Below the pieces are notes generated by a model. The model was not told the origin of the DNA, searched no databases, and worked only from the letters and a program-made list of their open reading frames with translations. DNA of 64,000 nt from Nitrospirales bacterium (GTDB lineage Bacteria > Nitrospirota > Nitrospiria > Nitrospirales > UBA8639). Below are positions 31,764 through 40,392 of the stretch, piece by piece (the first letter of the stretch is position 1; each line of letters starts with the position of its first letter). The DNA lies in the NCBI GenBank assembly GCA_965203295.1, contig CBDBCZ010000019.1:800001-864000 (forward strand), written 5' to 3'. The position numbers and the translations under genes were made by a program.

Positions 31764-32093
31764 ATGGGCAATGTTCTTGAAGATGTGACAGACCAAAACT
31801 ATGAGGATGCCATCCAAGCCCTGGCTTCTGTCATTGCCTATGGTATCGCTTCTTGTGAACCCTGTGCCCTCTATGACCCTATTTTGGAAAAAGCAGCCTC
31901 TCTCTTTCCTCACGTTCGAATCGGAAAAGCCAAGATGCATGTTCCAGGTCGGTGTCTGGGCATAAAAAAAATTCATAATTTTGAAACCTACCCCATGACT
32001 CATTTCTTCTCACAAGGTCAGCTTCTTTTTAGCAAGGAAGGGAAAATTGATGAAGCTGAGCTTGCCGCGTTGATCACCCAATACTTTTCTTGA
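31764..32093 (+). CDS. Thioredoxin-fold protein
   Basis: CEPC and cis-Pro-like TYP; start set at ATG 31764. Confidence 0.75.
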   Translation: MGNVLEDVTDQNYEDAIQALASVIAYGIASCEPCALYDPILEKAASLFPHVRIGKAKMHVPGRCLGIKKIHNFETYPMTHFFSQGQLLFSKEGKIDEAELAALITQYFS

Positions 32094-32265
32094 ACCAGCC
32101 ACGTTTCCTCTCAATTTTTCAAGAGTCTCTCTGTGTCATTTTAGGTCTCATAAGATATGACCGAGTAGAGTCGTTTGTCCTTCGGGGAAGATGAAGTTCA
32201 AGGGCGTTCGGTGAGAGGGTGGGGGAAAACTCGTTAATGTTCCTACGGGTAAATCGTGCTGGGAT

Positions 32266-33081
32266 TTACCCACAATATTCTACGCAAGTACCATTGGAAT
32301 CAAATAGTCGAACCTTGTTGAGTTGTGCTCTTTGGATTTTAGAGGCAAGGGAATCCCAAAGGGTTTTGGTAAACCGCTCAATGCTGAAAGAGTGGTTCGG
32401 TGACTCCCAGTGACTCATGAAATCTTTAGCCTTGAGTGGGAACAATATGTGGTCTTCAACGAGGCGATCGAGAAATCTTAGATCAATAATGCGGCCCGTT
32501 GGAGCGTCAATGCCTCCTTCAACGGTAATCTCGAACGTGTAGGAATCTCCTTTGGAGTGACCCGAACGAGAGGGATGGATGAGAGGAAACGTATAGCGTC
32601 GTGTTACATGTGCACGAATCGGTGCTTCAAAGGAAGGATCTTGGGGTAAGTGAGTTTCCGAAAGGCTTGCTGAAACGACTGAGATTTCCGCAAACAGGGC
32701 TTCCCCCTCATAAAGGTGGAGCGATTCTAATCCTCGGGTTTTTGGGTTCTGCAAGAATTTTTTCCAGAGGACCAAAGAAAAGTTTTCTGCTGTTGGAATC
32801 ATCGATTCAAAATAAGGCGTATCGAGATTTAAATGTTTATGGTCAAATTCCTCAAGAACATCGGTGAGCACCTGTTTGAGATCATAGAGATTGATGATCA
32901 TGCCTGTGACTTCATCCACTTTTCCTCGAAGTGTGACTTCAAGAAGATAATTGTGCCCATGCCCGTTTTCGTTGTGACACGGACCAAACACGGCTTGGTT
33001 TTTAGCTAAATCCCAATCAGAGTTGTGATATCGGTGTGAAGCTGAGAATTCAATGCGTTTCGTTAAGGTTGCTTTGGCCAT
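32266..33081 (-). CDS. Two-domain 6-pyruvoyl-tetrahydropterin/6-carboxytetrahydropterin synthase family protein
   Basis: FSASH...GHGHNY...DHKHLN...PTAEN in domain 1; degenerate second T-fold domain. Confidence 0.85.
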   Translation of the reverse strand: MAKATLTKRIEFSASHRYHNSDWDLAKNQAVFGPCHNENGHGHNYLLEVTLRGKVDEVTGMIINLYDLKQVLTDVLEEFDHKHLNLDTPYFESMIPTAENFSLVLWKKFLQNPKTRGLESLHLYEGEALFAEISVVSASLSETHLPQDPSFEAPIRAHVTRRYTFPLIHPSRSGHSKGDSYTFEITVEGGIDAPTGRIIDLRFLDRLVEDHILFPLKAKDFMSHWESPNHSFSIERFTKTLWDSLASKIQRAQLNKVRLFDSNGTCVEYCG

Positions 33082-33106
33082 ATCATTTATTGGTATGGGG
33101 AGTTAC

Positions 33107-33153
33107 AAAAAGGGCCGGTCCCTACCTGAAAACAAGAGGTAGAACCCGGCCCT
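33107..33153 (-). terminator. Terminator after erpA
   Basis: GGGCCGG...CCGGCCC stem with an A run on the + strand. Confidence 0.55.
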
Positions 33154-33179
33154 CAAAGAACGCGTGACGAATGTTGAGG

Positions 33180-33503
33180 TTACACGCTGAATGAACTGCC
33201 ACACCCGCAGGTGCTTTTGGCCTGAGGATTTTTGATGGCAAACCCTGAACCTTGTAAACTATCGACATAATCAACTTCGGCGCCATTTAAGAGAGGAGCA
33301 CTTTGGGAATCGAAAATGACTTTCACGCCACCTTTTTCAACCAGCGTATCATCGTCATCCATTTTGGACTCAAAGGACATCCCATATTGATATCCGCTGC
33401 ACCCTCCTCCCTTGACATATATTCGAAGTCCAATTGTCTCGTCCTCTTCTTCATTTATTAACTCTCTAATTTTTTCTTCTGCAATTGGCGATATAGTAAC
33501 CAT
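33180..33503 (-). CDS. erpA: A-type Fe-S insertion protein ErpA
   Basis: GGGCSGYQYG and CGCGSSF; located outside the isc operon. Confidence 0.85.
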   Translation of the reverse strand: MVTISPIAEEKIRELINEEEDETIGLRIYVKGGGCSGYQYGMSFESKMDDDDTLVEKGGVKVIFDSQSAPLLNGAEVDYVDSLQGSGFAIKNPQAKSTCGCGSSFSV

Positions 33504-33624
33504 GAAACCCTCCCCCTACGACCATAGAGTTGAGTGAAAAGCCAATGAATAGACTTGATTGCTACTAAGTAGCAATAACTATACTATCAGACGGTCAGTT
33601 TGTTGTCAATTTTGTTGAGGATAC

Positions 33625-34239
33625 TTAGCAAGTCATATTTATACCATTCTGCCCGCTAGTCCCCAAATCAGCTAGCCATTCCTGCCGCATTTCTTCCGGG
33701 ACTTTCGCCTCAGCACGGTAGAAATCATGGGTAATTTTGACTATTGCCGAGGAACTTTTCTGGGCCACGCTATCCCAAAACGCTTGATGCGGTTTAAACC
33801 GGACAAAATGAACGGCACTGATCTTGTCTTCCTTGCTATGGCCTCCTTCAAATTCGCCGTAGACGCTTTGACCGTCGGATTGGAGAGAGATGGTTCCAGG
33901 TCGATCGATATCCTTAAAAGCATCGAGTAATTCCATGATCCTCTGGTTGTCAGTAATTTCAATGAAGAACGTCGCGCTCAATTCCCCTCGACCTGGAAGA
34001 AGGGCGTTATACACGTCTAACTCTTCTTGAACCTTTTGTGGATAAAATATCCGTTCGGTTCGAATCATTTCTTGAATTTGAAAGAGCACGGTCTCGCGAT
34101 TCTCAAAGATGAGGGTGACCAAGTCTCCAATGGAAATGCGTCGTCGCTTCTTTAAGGCAATGATTCTTTGACGGTAGGCCTGGCGCCCAAGTTCGTATTC
34201 CGCATAGGGAAGAAGGTCGTTCTGTGTGAGAAGAATCAT
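33625..34239 (-). CDS. DUF3501 family protein
   Basis: FENRETVLFQIQEMIRTE and SAVHFVRF; downstream of rubrerythrin and the Fe-S oxidoreductase. Confidence 0.85.
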   Translation of the reverse strand: MILLTQNDLLPYAEYELGRQAYRQRIIALKKRRRISIGDLVTLIFENRETVLFQIQEMIRTERIFYPQKVQEELDVYNALLPGRGELSATFFIEITDNQRIMELLDAFKDIDRPGTISLQSDGQSVYGEFEGGHSKEDKISAVHFVRFKPHQAFWDSVAQKSSSAIVKITHDFYRAEAKVPEEMRQEWLADLGTSGQNGINMTC

Positions 34240-35516
34240 GTTGGAAGCTGATAGGCATGCCGAACAATTTGGATCGGATGGAGGGTTGGAGCAGAAGGAG
34301 CGATTGTGTTTCCGCTGGCTTGATCTAATTGAATAGCGGACAATGGACAGTCTGAAGCAATAATATCGGCTTTACACTGACCCACTTCCCTCATGGCTTT
34401 TTTCGCAATGTTCATGGAAAGATCGAAAAATTCTGTTTTGGTTCCCCAGGTCCCATCGTGGCCCGAACATTGCTCAATGAGGGTGACCTGCGCGCCAGTG
34501 AGTTCCATGAGATCTTTGGACTTGAACCCAATATTTTGGTCACGAAGGTGACAGGGAATTTGATACGCCACGTGGCCAGGGTTGCGAGGAAATTCCAAGC
34601 AAAGGGATCCCTCACGTTTGCGCATCATGAGGTACTCGCTTACATCATAACTTCTTTGGGCCATCTCGTTGACCAGGGGGTCAGAGCACAGATAAGAATA
34701 TTCTCGCTTAAACATCAAACTACAGCTCGGGGTTGGAATAACAAGATCATATCCCGACTCCAGAAAAGGTCGGAAAAGCTGAGCATGGTGCTTCGCTCTT
34801 TCGATCATGATATCCGTGTCACCAATGTCAAACAAAGGCATTCCGCAGCATTGTTGATGTTCAGGTATCACGACCTCAATGTTGTTTTTCTCCAGAACCT
34901 GCACAGTGGCTTTCCCAATATCTGTTGCTTGGTAATTCACCATACAGCTTGAGAATAAGGCGACTTTGTGTGTTGTTCCGGACAAGGCAGGTTTTGGCCG
35001 CCTGCGTTTCCACCATTGCAGGAATGTTTCTTGCTGAAAAGGCATAACCTGGCGATCACGATGAATGCCCAAGACCGATTCTAGAATATTTCGAATCCAC
35101 GGTGTCCGTAGCGTCCAATTTGTGAGTGGGGCAGTCAAGCTGCCAAGTCTGCCGATCAGATCGGTTTTAATCAGGAGCCTGTCTCGCCAAGAGGTTCGCT
35201 TTTCTTTGGCACGCAGTTTTTTCCAGACGGCCATGAGATGAGGAAAGTCGATTCCATATTGGTGTGGAGGGGTATAAGGACAATGGTTGTAGCAGAGTTT
35301 GCAGTAATAACATTCCTTTTCCACGTGTTCATGGTCCGCTGCGGTGATGCGAGAAAGATCACTCTCATAATCATCGATGCGCTCCAAAAGAGTGTGAAAT
35401 GAGGGACACAGATTAAAGCATCTCCTGCAGCCGTCGCATACGTCATAGACGCGAAGTGTTTCTTGCTCCAGCTGACCGCGAACTGGGCCTTGTGTGATCA
35501 TTTCCAATTCTTTCAC
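34236..35516 (-). CDS. Rubrerythrin-associated Fe-S oxidoreductase (GlpC/HdrD-like CCG domains)
   Basis: CDGCRRCFNLCP, CYYCKLCYNHCP, QCCGMP, CSGHDG. Confidence 0.85.
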   Translation of the reverse strand: MKELEMITQGPVRGQLEQETLRVYDVCDGCRRCFNLCPSFHTLLERIDDYESDLSRITAADHEHVEKECYYCKLCYNHCPYTPPHQYGIDFPHLMAVWKKLRAKEKRTSWRDRLLIKTDLIGRLGSLTAPLTNWTLRTPWIRNILESVLGIHRDRQVMPFQQETFLQWWKRRRPKPALSGTTHKVALFSSCMVNYQATDIGKATVQVLEKNNIEVVIPEHQQCCGMPLFDIGDTDIMIERAKHHAQLFRPFLESGYDLVIPTPSCSLMFKREYSYLCSDPLVNEMAQRSYDVSEYLMMRKREGSLCLEFPRNPGHVAYQIPCHLRDQNIGFKSKDLMELTGAQVTLIEQCSGHDGTWGTKTEFFDLSMNIAKKAMREVGQCKADIIASDCPLSAIQLDQASGNTIAPSAPTLHPIQIVRHAYQLPT

Positions 35517-35606
35517 GGCGAGACACTCTTTTAGGAAAAAAGGGATGGGTTACATACTGAGTAGGCGGGTACGATCCTCAATACCTGCCCCATTTTGTTA
35601 CCAGTG

Positions 35607-36038
35607 TTAGCCATTTTGATCGAAGGATTCTAACCCTTTCGTAAACCGATTGGCGTGAGAACGCTCAGCTTTAGCCAAGGTTTCAAACCATTCGGCCATT
35701 TCTTCAAAACCCTCTTCCCGAGCTGTTTTAGCCATTCCAGGGTACATTTGGGTGTATTCATACGTCTCACCCTCAATCGCGGCTTTGAGGTTGGCTTCCG
35801 TGTTCCCAATCGGCAAGTCAGTCGCCGGGTCGCCCACCTCCTTTAAAAAATCCAAGTGACCAAAAGCATGTCCGGTTTCGGCTTCAGACGTATCACGAAA
35901 CAATCCCCCAACATCCGGATAACCTTCGATATCTGCCCTCTTCGCAAAATAGAGGTAGCGCCGATTGGCTTGGGATTCACCGGCAAACGCAGCTTTTAAG
36001 TTCTCGTGGCTTTTCGTTCCCTTCAAGCTTTTACTCAT
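35607..36038 (-). CDS. rbr: Short rubrerythrin without a rubredoxin domain
   Basis: [32 protein letters not shown]. Confidence 0.92.
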   Translation of the reverse strand: MSKSLKGTKSHENLKAAFAGESQANRRYLYFAKRADIEGYPDVGGLFRDTSEAETGHAFGHLDFLKEVGDPATDLPIGNTEANLKAAIEGETYEYTQMYPGMAKTAREEGFEEMAEWFETLAKAERSHANRFTKGLESFDQNG

Positions 36039-36093
36039 AACTTCCTCCCTTTAAATCTGTATGTTGTAATAAAGATGGCCCACCAAATCGATG

Positions 36094-36528
36094 TCACCGA
36101 CGTGTCGTGACACGGCACCCTGCGCATAGTCCATGGATTTCTACTTGATGGCCAACAACCTGGAAAGTAGCGGGGATTTCAGAAGACACGACTAATTGAT
36201 CCAGTCGCTTGTCATTAAGATCCGTAATGGTTCGGCAGCCTAAACAAATCAAATGGTGATGAGGGGAGACGTTCGCATCAAACCTGGTTCGGTCATGCCA
36301 ATAATTGACTTCCCGAACAAGACCTGCCTTCCGAAAAACACCTAAAGAATAATACACCGTGTTTGGCGAAATCATGGGATATGCCCGGCGAACTTGCTTG
36401 TGAAGTTCATCCGCCGTGGGATGTGAGGTGGTTTCCGCCAATGCTTTATAGATTGCGGCACGCTGAGGGGTCACTTTTAACCCCTTAGACTTGAAACGAT
36501 CACGAATTTGAACCTGAGAAACCCTCAT
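36094..36528 (-). CDS. perR: Fur-family regulator, PerR-like
   Basis: TPQR, HPTADE, HHHLICLGC, CAGC; upstream of rbr. Confidence 0.8.
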   Translation of the reverse strand: MRVSQVQIRDRFKSKGLKVTPQRAAIYKALAETTSHPTADELHKQVRRAYPMISPNTVYYSLGVFRKAGLVREVNYWHDRTRFDANVSPHHHLICLGCRTITDLNDKRLDQLVVSSEIPATFQVVGHQVEIHGLCAGCRVTTRR

Positions 36529-36540
36529 TTCATTCCTTAT

Positions 36541-36555
36541 TAGTAATAATTACTA
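36541..36555. promoter_or_regulatory. Per/Fur-box-like 7-1-7 palindrome
   Basis: TAGTAAT-A-ATTACTA immediately upstream of the perR start. Confidence 0.7.
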
Positions 36556-36714
36556 TTTAACCAAAATTCGATCATGAGTCAAGATTGGGATTTTGCCCCG
36601 ATGTTCTCAGTGTTCATTCGGAGGTCCTTAAACAAAAAGCATTTCGGGAAAATATAAGTTCACATTGTGGTCCTCGAACGATTTAGGCAACGGTGGTTCA
36701 TTTTAGGAAGGACA

Positions 36715-36745
36715 AAAAATGGGCTAGTCGACGAACAACTAGCCC
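36715..36745 (-). terminator. Terminator after the PuuD-like gene
   Basis: GGGCTAGT...ACTAGCCC stem with an upstream A run on the + strand. Confidence 0.55.
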
Positions 36746-36790
36746 CGAAGGGTTTGAGGCCAATTCCCGATTCACACTCGGAAATGGGTT

Positions 36791-37270
36791 CTAAAACAAG
36801 CCAGAGGCATGACCCGAAGAAGCCATGAAAAAGAGCATGGGAATGGACAACATGGTATTTGTTCGTGATGCCAATAGAGCCACTCTCGCTGACTTAGCTT
36901 TTTCTTCGGCAGTGGCTTCCTTCATGCCCAAAAATTTTTTCTGGTTTGGCCAGATAATTCCCCAAACATTGAACAGCATGATAGTCCCTAACCACGCCCC
37001 CATTCCAATGACGGCGTCCTGCCCCTGTAGCATGAAGGCAGTGCCTAATCGGTGTTGATTCATCAGCAAGGCTGCCCCAAATAGCCAGGTGAAAAGTGCC
37101 CCCCAACGAAACCACCATAAGGCATTGGGAACGAGATGTTTAAACGCTTCGGCCTTGGTCTCGGGGGTCACGGCCTTGAGAAACGGCACTTGAATGAAAT
37201 TAAAATAATATAGAATCCCGATCCATGTAATTCCAGCAAGAAAATGGCCCCATACTAGCAATGTTTCCAT
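36791..37270 (-). CDS. PuuD (urate oxidase N-terminal)-like membrane protein, no cytochrome c domain
   Basis: HFLAGITWIGILYYFN, WFRW, NVWGIIWPNQKK, SRTNTMLSIP. Confidence 0.8.
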   Translation of the reverse strand: METLLVWGHFLAGITWIGILYYFNFIQVPFLKAVTPETKAEAFKHLVPNALWWFRWGALFTWLFGAALLMNQHRLGTAFMLQGQDAVIGMGAWLGTIMLFNVWGIIWPNQKKFLGMKEATAEEKAKSARVALLASRTNTMLSIPMLFFMASSGHASGLF

Positions 37271-37328
37271 ATTGACTCCCTCATGTATTTTTATTTATCG
37301 GTGTTGAATGAGATTGGGGTGGTGGATA

Positions 37329-37418
37329 TTAGACAAGCGCCTTAACCACAACATACAAAACGACGGTGAGCACGAATCCCGCAGTGGTCGTCCCGTGAAT
37401 CGAGTCAAGTGGGTTCAT
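37329..37418 (-). CDS. 29-aa single-TM small protein MNPLDSIHGTTTAGFVLTVVLYVVVKALV
   Basis: Read by hand (below the ORF-track cutoff); AGGAGG SD before ATG; hydrophobic helix; co-oriented upstream of the PuuD-like gene. Confidence 0.7.
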   Translation of the reverse strand: MNPLDSIHGTTTAGFVLTVVLYVVVKALV

Positions 37419-37580
37419 TAGGTGCCTCCTTTGGATATGTCGAGAATTGGTTTCTAAATTCTTGGATTTAGCTCAACACTCTGAAAACACATGGAAAAAA
37501 AGATTTTCGAAGTCTAGAGAAATAACATAACGTATTCTGATGTACTGTGCAAGGTGGGAGAAATTTTCTTTTTGGATCAA

Positions 37581-38165
37581 TCATGAGCTGCAAGAGGAAT
37601 TCCTTGTCGAATCAGGGAGACAGAATCTCCAAAGTTTGTGAGCCCATTTCCCAGCATAGTCTACACCAATTCTTGGTAATGCCAGGATTTGTCGAGTGTC
37701 AAGCTTTTGGCCGCGAGGTTCAATCCAAAGGCCTCGCCCCTGTGTGGTGTCCAGATTGTTAAAGGTTCGGTCAAGCCCTAAAAATTTGCATGTGCGGCCT
37801 GGTCCATCAATACGGGTTTTCACGTCTGAACATTCTTGTAAGGGAACCTCAATGCCACGGATCAAGACCGCTGCAGGAAAATCTATTCGTTCCGTCACGA
37901 GGTTTAGACAATGATGCATCCCGTAGACAAGATAAATATACGTGACCCCGGCTGGACCAAACATGACTTCTGTTCTTTTCGTGCGTCCTTTCGACGCATG
38001 ACAGGCTTTGTCGTTTTGACCGATGTAGGCTTCCACATCGACGATTCTGGCTGAAATCCATCCTGTGTTCGTTTCTCGAATCAGAAAGGCTCCTAAGAGC
38101 TCTTGAGCCACGGTTAACGTAGGACGGTTAAAGAACGAACGGGACAATGGTTTGGACGTCATCAA
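37581..38165 (-). CDS. mpg: DNA-3-methyladenine glycosylase (AAG/Mpg family)
   Basis: VEAY, YIYLVYGMHHCLN, AVLIRG, GPGR, PRIGV. Confidence 0.92.
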   Translation of the reverse strand: MMTSKPLSRSFFNRPTLTVAQELLGAFLIRETNTGWISARIVDVEAYIGQNDKACHASKGRTKRTEVMFGPAGVTYIYLVYGMHHCLNLVTERIDFPAAVLIRGIEVPLQECSDVKTRIDGPGRTCKFLGLDRTFNNLDTTQGRGLWIEPRGQKLDTRQILALPRIGVDYAGKWAHKLWRFCLPDSTRNSSCSS

Positions 38166-38227
38166 TGAGTTGCCCTTCCTTGTCAGAAGAGAGAAGGGGA
38201 GAGAGAGTTCTAACGAAGATAGTTAAA

Positions 38228-38482
38228 GGGCCTGTTGAATAATTCAAAAATTTTTCAAATTGGCGACAACTGCTCAGCACCCTCAAGTATCAGGAGGAAA
38301 TAGGGCTGTTCAAAAAGACCCGCTCACCTGCGCGAAGCCGCATCCGCGGAGCCAGGTCAAGCAAGGCCGTTGGTGAGCGGAGCATACACGACGGAGTACG
38401 TGAGCACGACAACGGCCCGAGAACGCCGCTGGCTTGTCAGCCGTAGCCTAAGCGTAGACTGGCGGATTTTTTTAACGGCCCC
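38228..38482 (+). repeat. MITE/REP-like repeat, copy 2
   Basis: Same termini and inner left end as copy 1; flanked by TTAA on both sides. Confidence 0.8.
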
Positions 38483-38495
38483 TTAAAAGCCATCA

Positions 38496-40232
38496 TCATG
38501 GGACATGCTCCCCATAGGGAGGCAATGTCGTGAGCCGAGAGTCTTCTATAGCGCCTCCTATGGTGAAATGATAGAGAGATTGGAACCGGGTGTCCGGAAA
38601 TCCTAAGACCTGATGTACAGGATTATCAAAAAAACAGCCGATCCCCGTGGATCTCACGCCGGCCGACTCGGCCTCTAAATAGAGGACTTGCCCAATGAGG
38701 CCTGCTTCCCAGAATAAACGTTTATAATACCATGGCCCCCAACGTTCTAGGGCATGGTCGAAGTCAGCGATCATACCCAGGGAAAAGGCCCCATCTCCTG
38801 CAATCTCTTGCCAGCAACTTAACTGCATGGCAATCTTTTGGGCATTACCTTCCTCAAGAAGATATAAGGGAAGGCTTGATGACCAACCTTCAGGCATGGT
38901 CCAGACGAATTGGCTATGCATGCTGTCTTGGAAATCTTTGAGAATGGATAAAGAGTTGTGACGAAGCAGCATATACATGCCTGGCGGTATTCCATCAACG
39001 CGATGGACAAATAATACCAAATGAATGGAAGGATCCCAGGGGAAGGAATCCCATGGCATTGGCCGTTGGTCTACTGGGAGGTCGGCTTGTGGGATGGTTC
39101 TGAAGAGCATGGCGCAAAAGGAAGTCACATGGATAGACGTTTTTCCGTCTAAGGACAAAGCACTACGACGTTGATGAATAATCTGGTGAGCTGTCGGGCT
39201 TGAAGTCGAACTGCGTTCAATCGATCTGAGTGACAGAAGAGGGCAGATTTTCGTTACCCCCCAAGGAATCATTGTGTGTTCAGCCTGGCTCTTCCAGGAG
39301 CTCTTTGTGACCGTATCGATGATTTCCCATTGGATGGGGCTGTCCCGACTGAGCCGGTTGGCTTTCCCTTGCCAGGCTTGCTGTTCGAGTTCCTGAACGA
39401 AACTGTGAAGAAGAAAGAGGGGTAACGCGTTGAGATGTGAACTCCCTCTTGGCCAAACGGCTGCTATGATTTCAGGAAACTCAGCCTCAACGTTTTCGAA
39501 ATCTTGGATCCGAGAAAGACCGAGAAAAGTCCCAATGGTATGGTCCGCCATACCAGATAAGATCACCAAATTCCAACCTAGTGTTGCGGCCGCAATTCTC
39601 AAAGTGCCGATAGCATGTCCAATGTCATGTTGGCAGTAGCGGAAGGCACGTTCACCGTATTTCCATGCTTCCCGCCAATGGATTGAGCTCAGTCCAACCA
39701 GAAACGCATCGTCGGGGAAATCCGCCAACGCTCGGTGAGTGACTTTATTTGGACAATCCAGACGCTGTTCAAGCCCATGGACTTGTGGAGTGTAATGATA
39801 CAAGCCCGGTGTGAGGGAGAGATTAGGGACGTGTCCTAAAAAGAGATATCCTTCTGTCGGATGGAGATTCCCGCTCGACGGATTGCTGCGTAATGCCCAA
39901 CGGTTTCCGCCATACTCCTTCCAAGCCGTGATTGAGAGCGCCAATTCAAAAAAACGCGACAACGTATTGAGCGTCAGAGCCTGTGCGTGAATCGCGGACG
40001 GTTCGTACAAGCTCTCATAGCTGGGGGACATCGGATCATCATCAGGTGTTAATAAAGGAAGTTGAAAGAGATGGGCTCCCTCATACCGTCGGAAGGGGTT
40101 AGGTTGATTCGCCCAATCCATGTAACCTAGGGAACGGGCATAATGATTGAAATCATGTTTCGTCTGCTGATGATACTGCTTGATCTGTTCAAGTCCGTCT
40201 GTGGGCGGTGGATATCTAGCTTCAAGAGACAA
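38496..40232 (-). CDS. SagB/ThcOx-like tandem nitroreductase-domain protein
   Basis: LRSNPSSGNLHPTE, WKYGERAFRY, second domain with QRRS and GIGCFFD. Confidence 0.85.
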   Translation of the reverse strand: MSLEARYPPPTDGLEQIKQYHQQTKHDFNHYARSLGYMDWANQPNPFRRYEGAHLFQLPLLTPDDDPMSPSYESLYEPSAIHAQALTLNTLSRFFELALSITAWKEYGGNRWALRSNPSSGNLHPTEGYLFLGHVPNLSLTPGLYHYTPQVHGLEQRLDCPNKVTHRALADFPDDAFLVGLSSIHWREAWKYGERAFRYCQHDIGHAIGTLRIAAATLGWNLVILSGMADHTIGTFLGLSRIQDFENVEAEFPEIIAAVWPRGSSHLNALPLFLLHSFVQELEQQAWQGKANRLSRDSPIQWEIIDTVTKSSWKSQAEHTMIPWGVTKICPLLSLRSIERSSTSSPTAHQIIHQRRSALSLDGKTSIHVTSFCAMLFRTIPQADLPVDQRPMPWDSFPWDPSIHLVLFVHRVDGIPPGMYMLLRHNSLSILKDFQDSMHSQFVWTMPEGWSSSLPLYLLEEGNAQKIAMQLSCWQEIAGDGAFSLGMIADFDHALERWGPWYYKRLFWEAGLIGQVLYLEAESAGVRSTGIGCFFDNPVHQVLGFPDTRFQSLYHFTIGGAIEDSRLTTLPPYGEHVP

Positions 40233-40392
40233 TGTTTGTTCCTAACCTGAAGGTGCCTGCTCTACAAGCCGCAAGGGGTCTTCAGTTCATACGAGACTTT
40301 TCCTTCTACCCTCTCCGTGCATGGTGGGAAACTTTTGGCGCATGAACTGGAGATTTAAAGATCGAGAACAACGAGAAGGGTATGCTGATGCC

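Noticed and set aside
38496..40232. SagB-like gene as a RiPP (azole peptide) cluster
   Set aside because: No YcaO, E1-like protein or precursor peptide nearby
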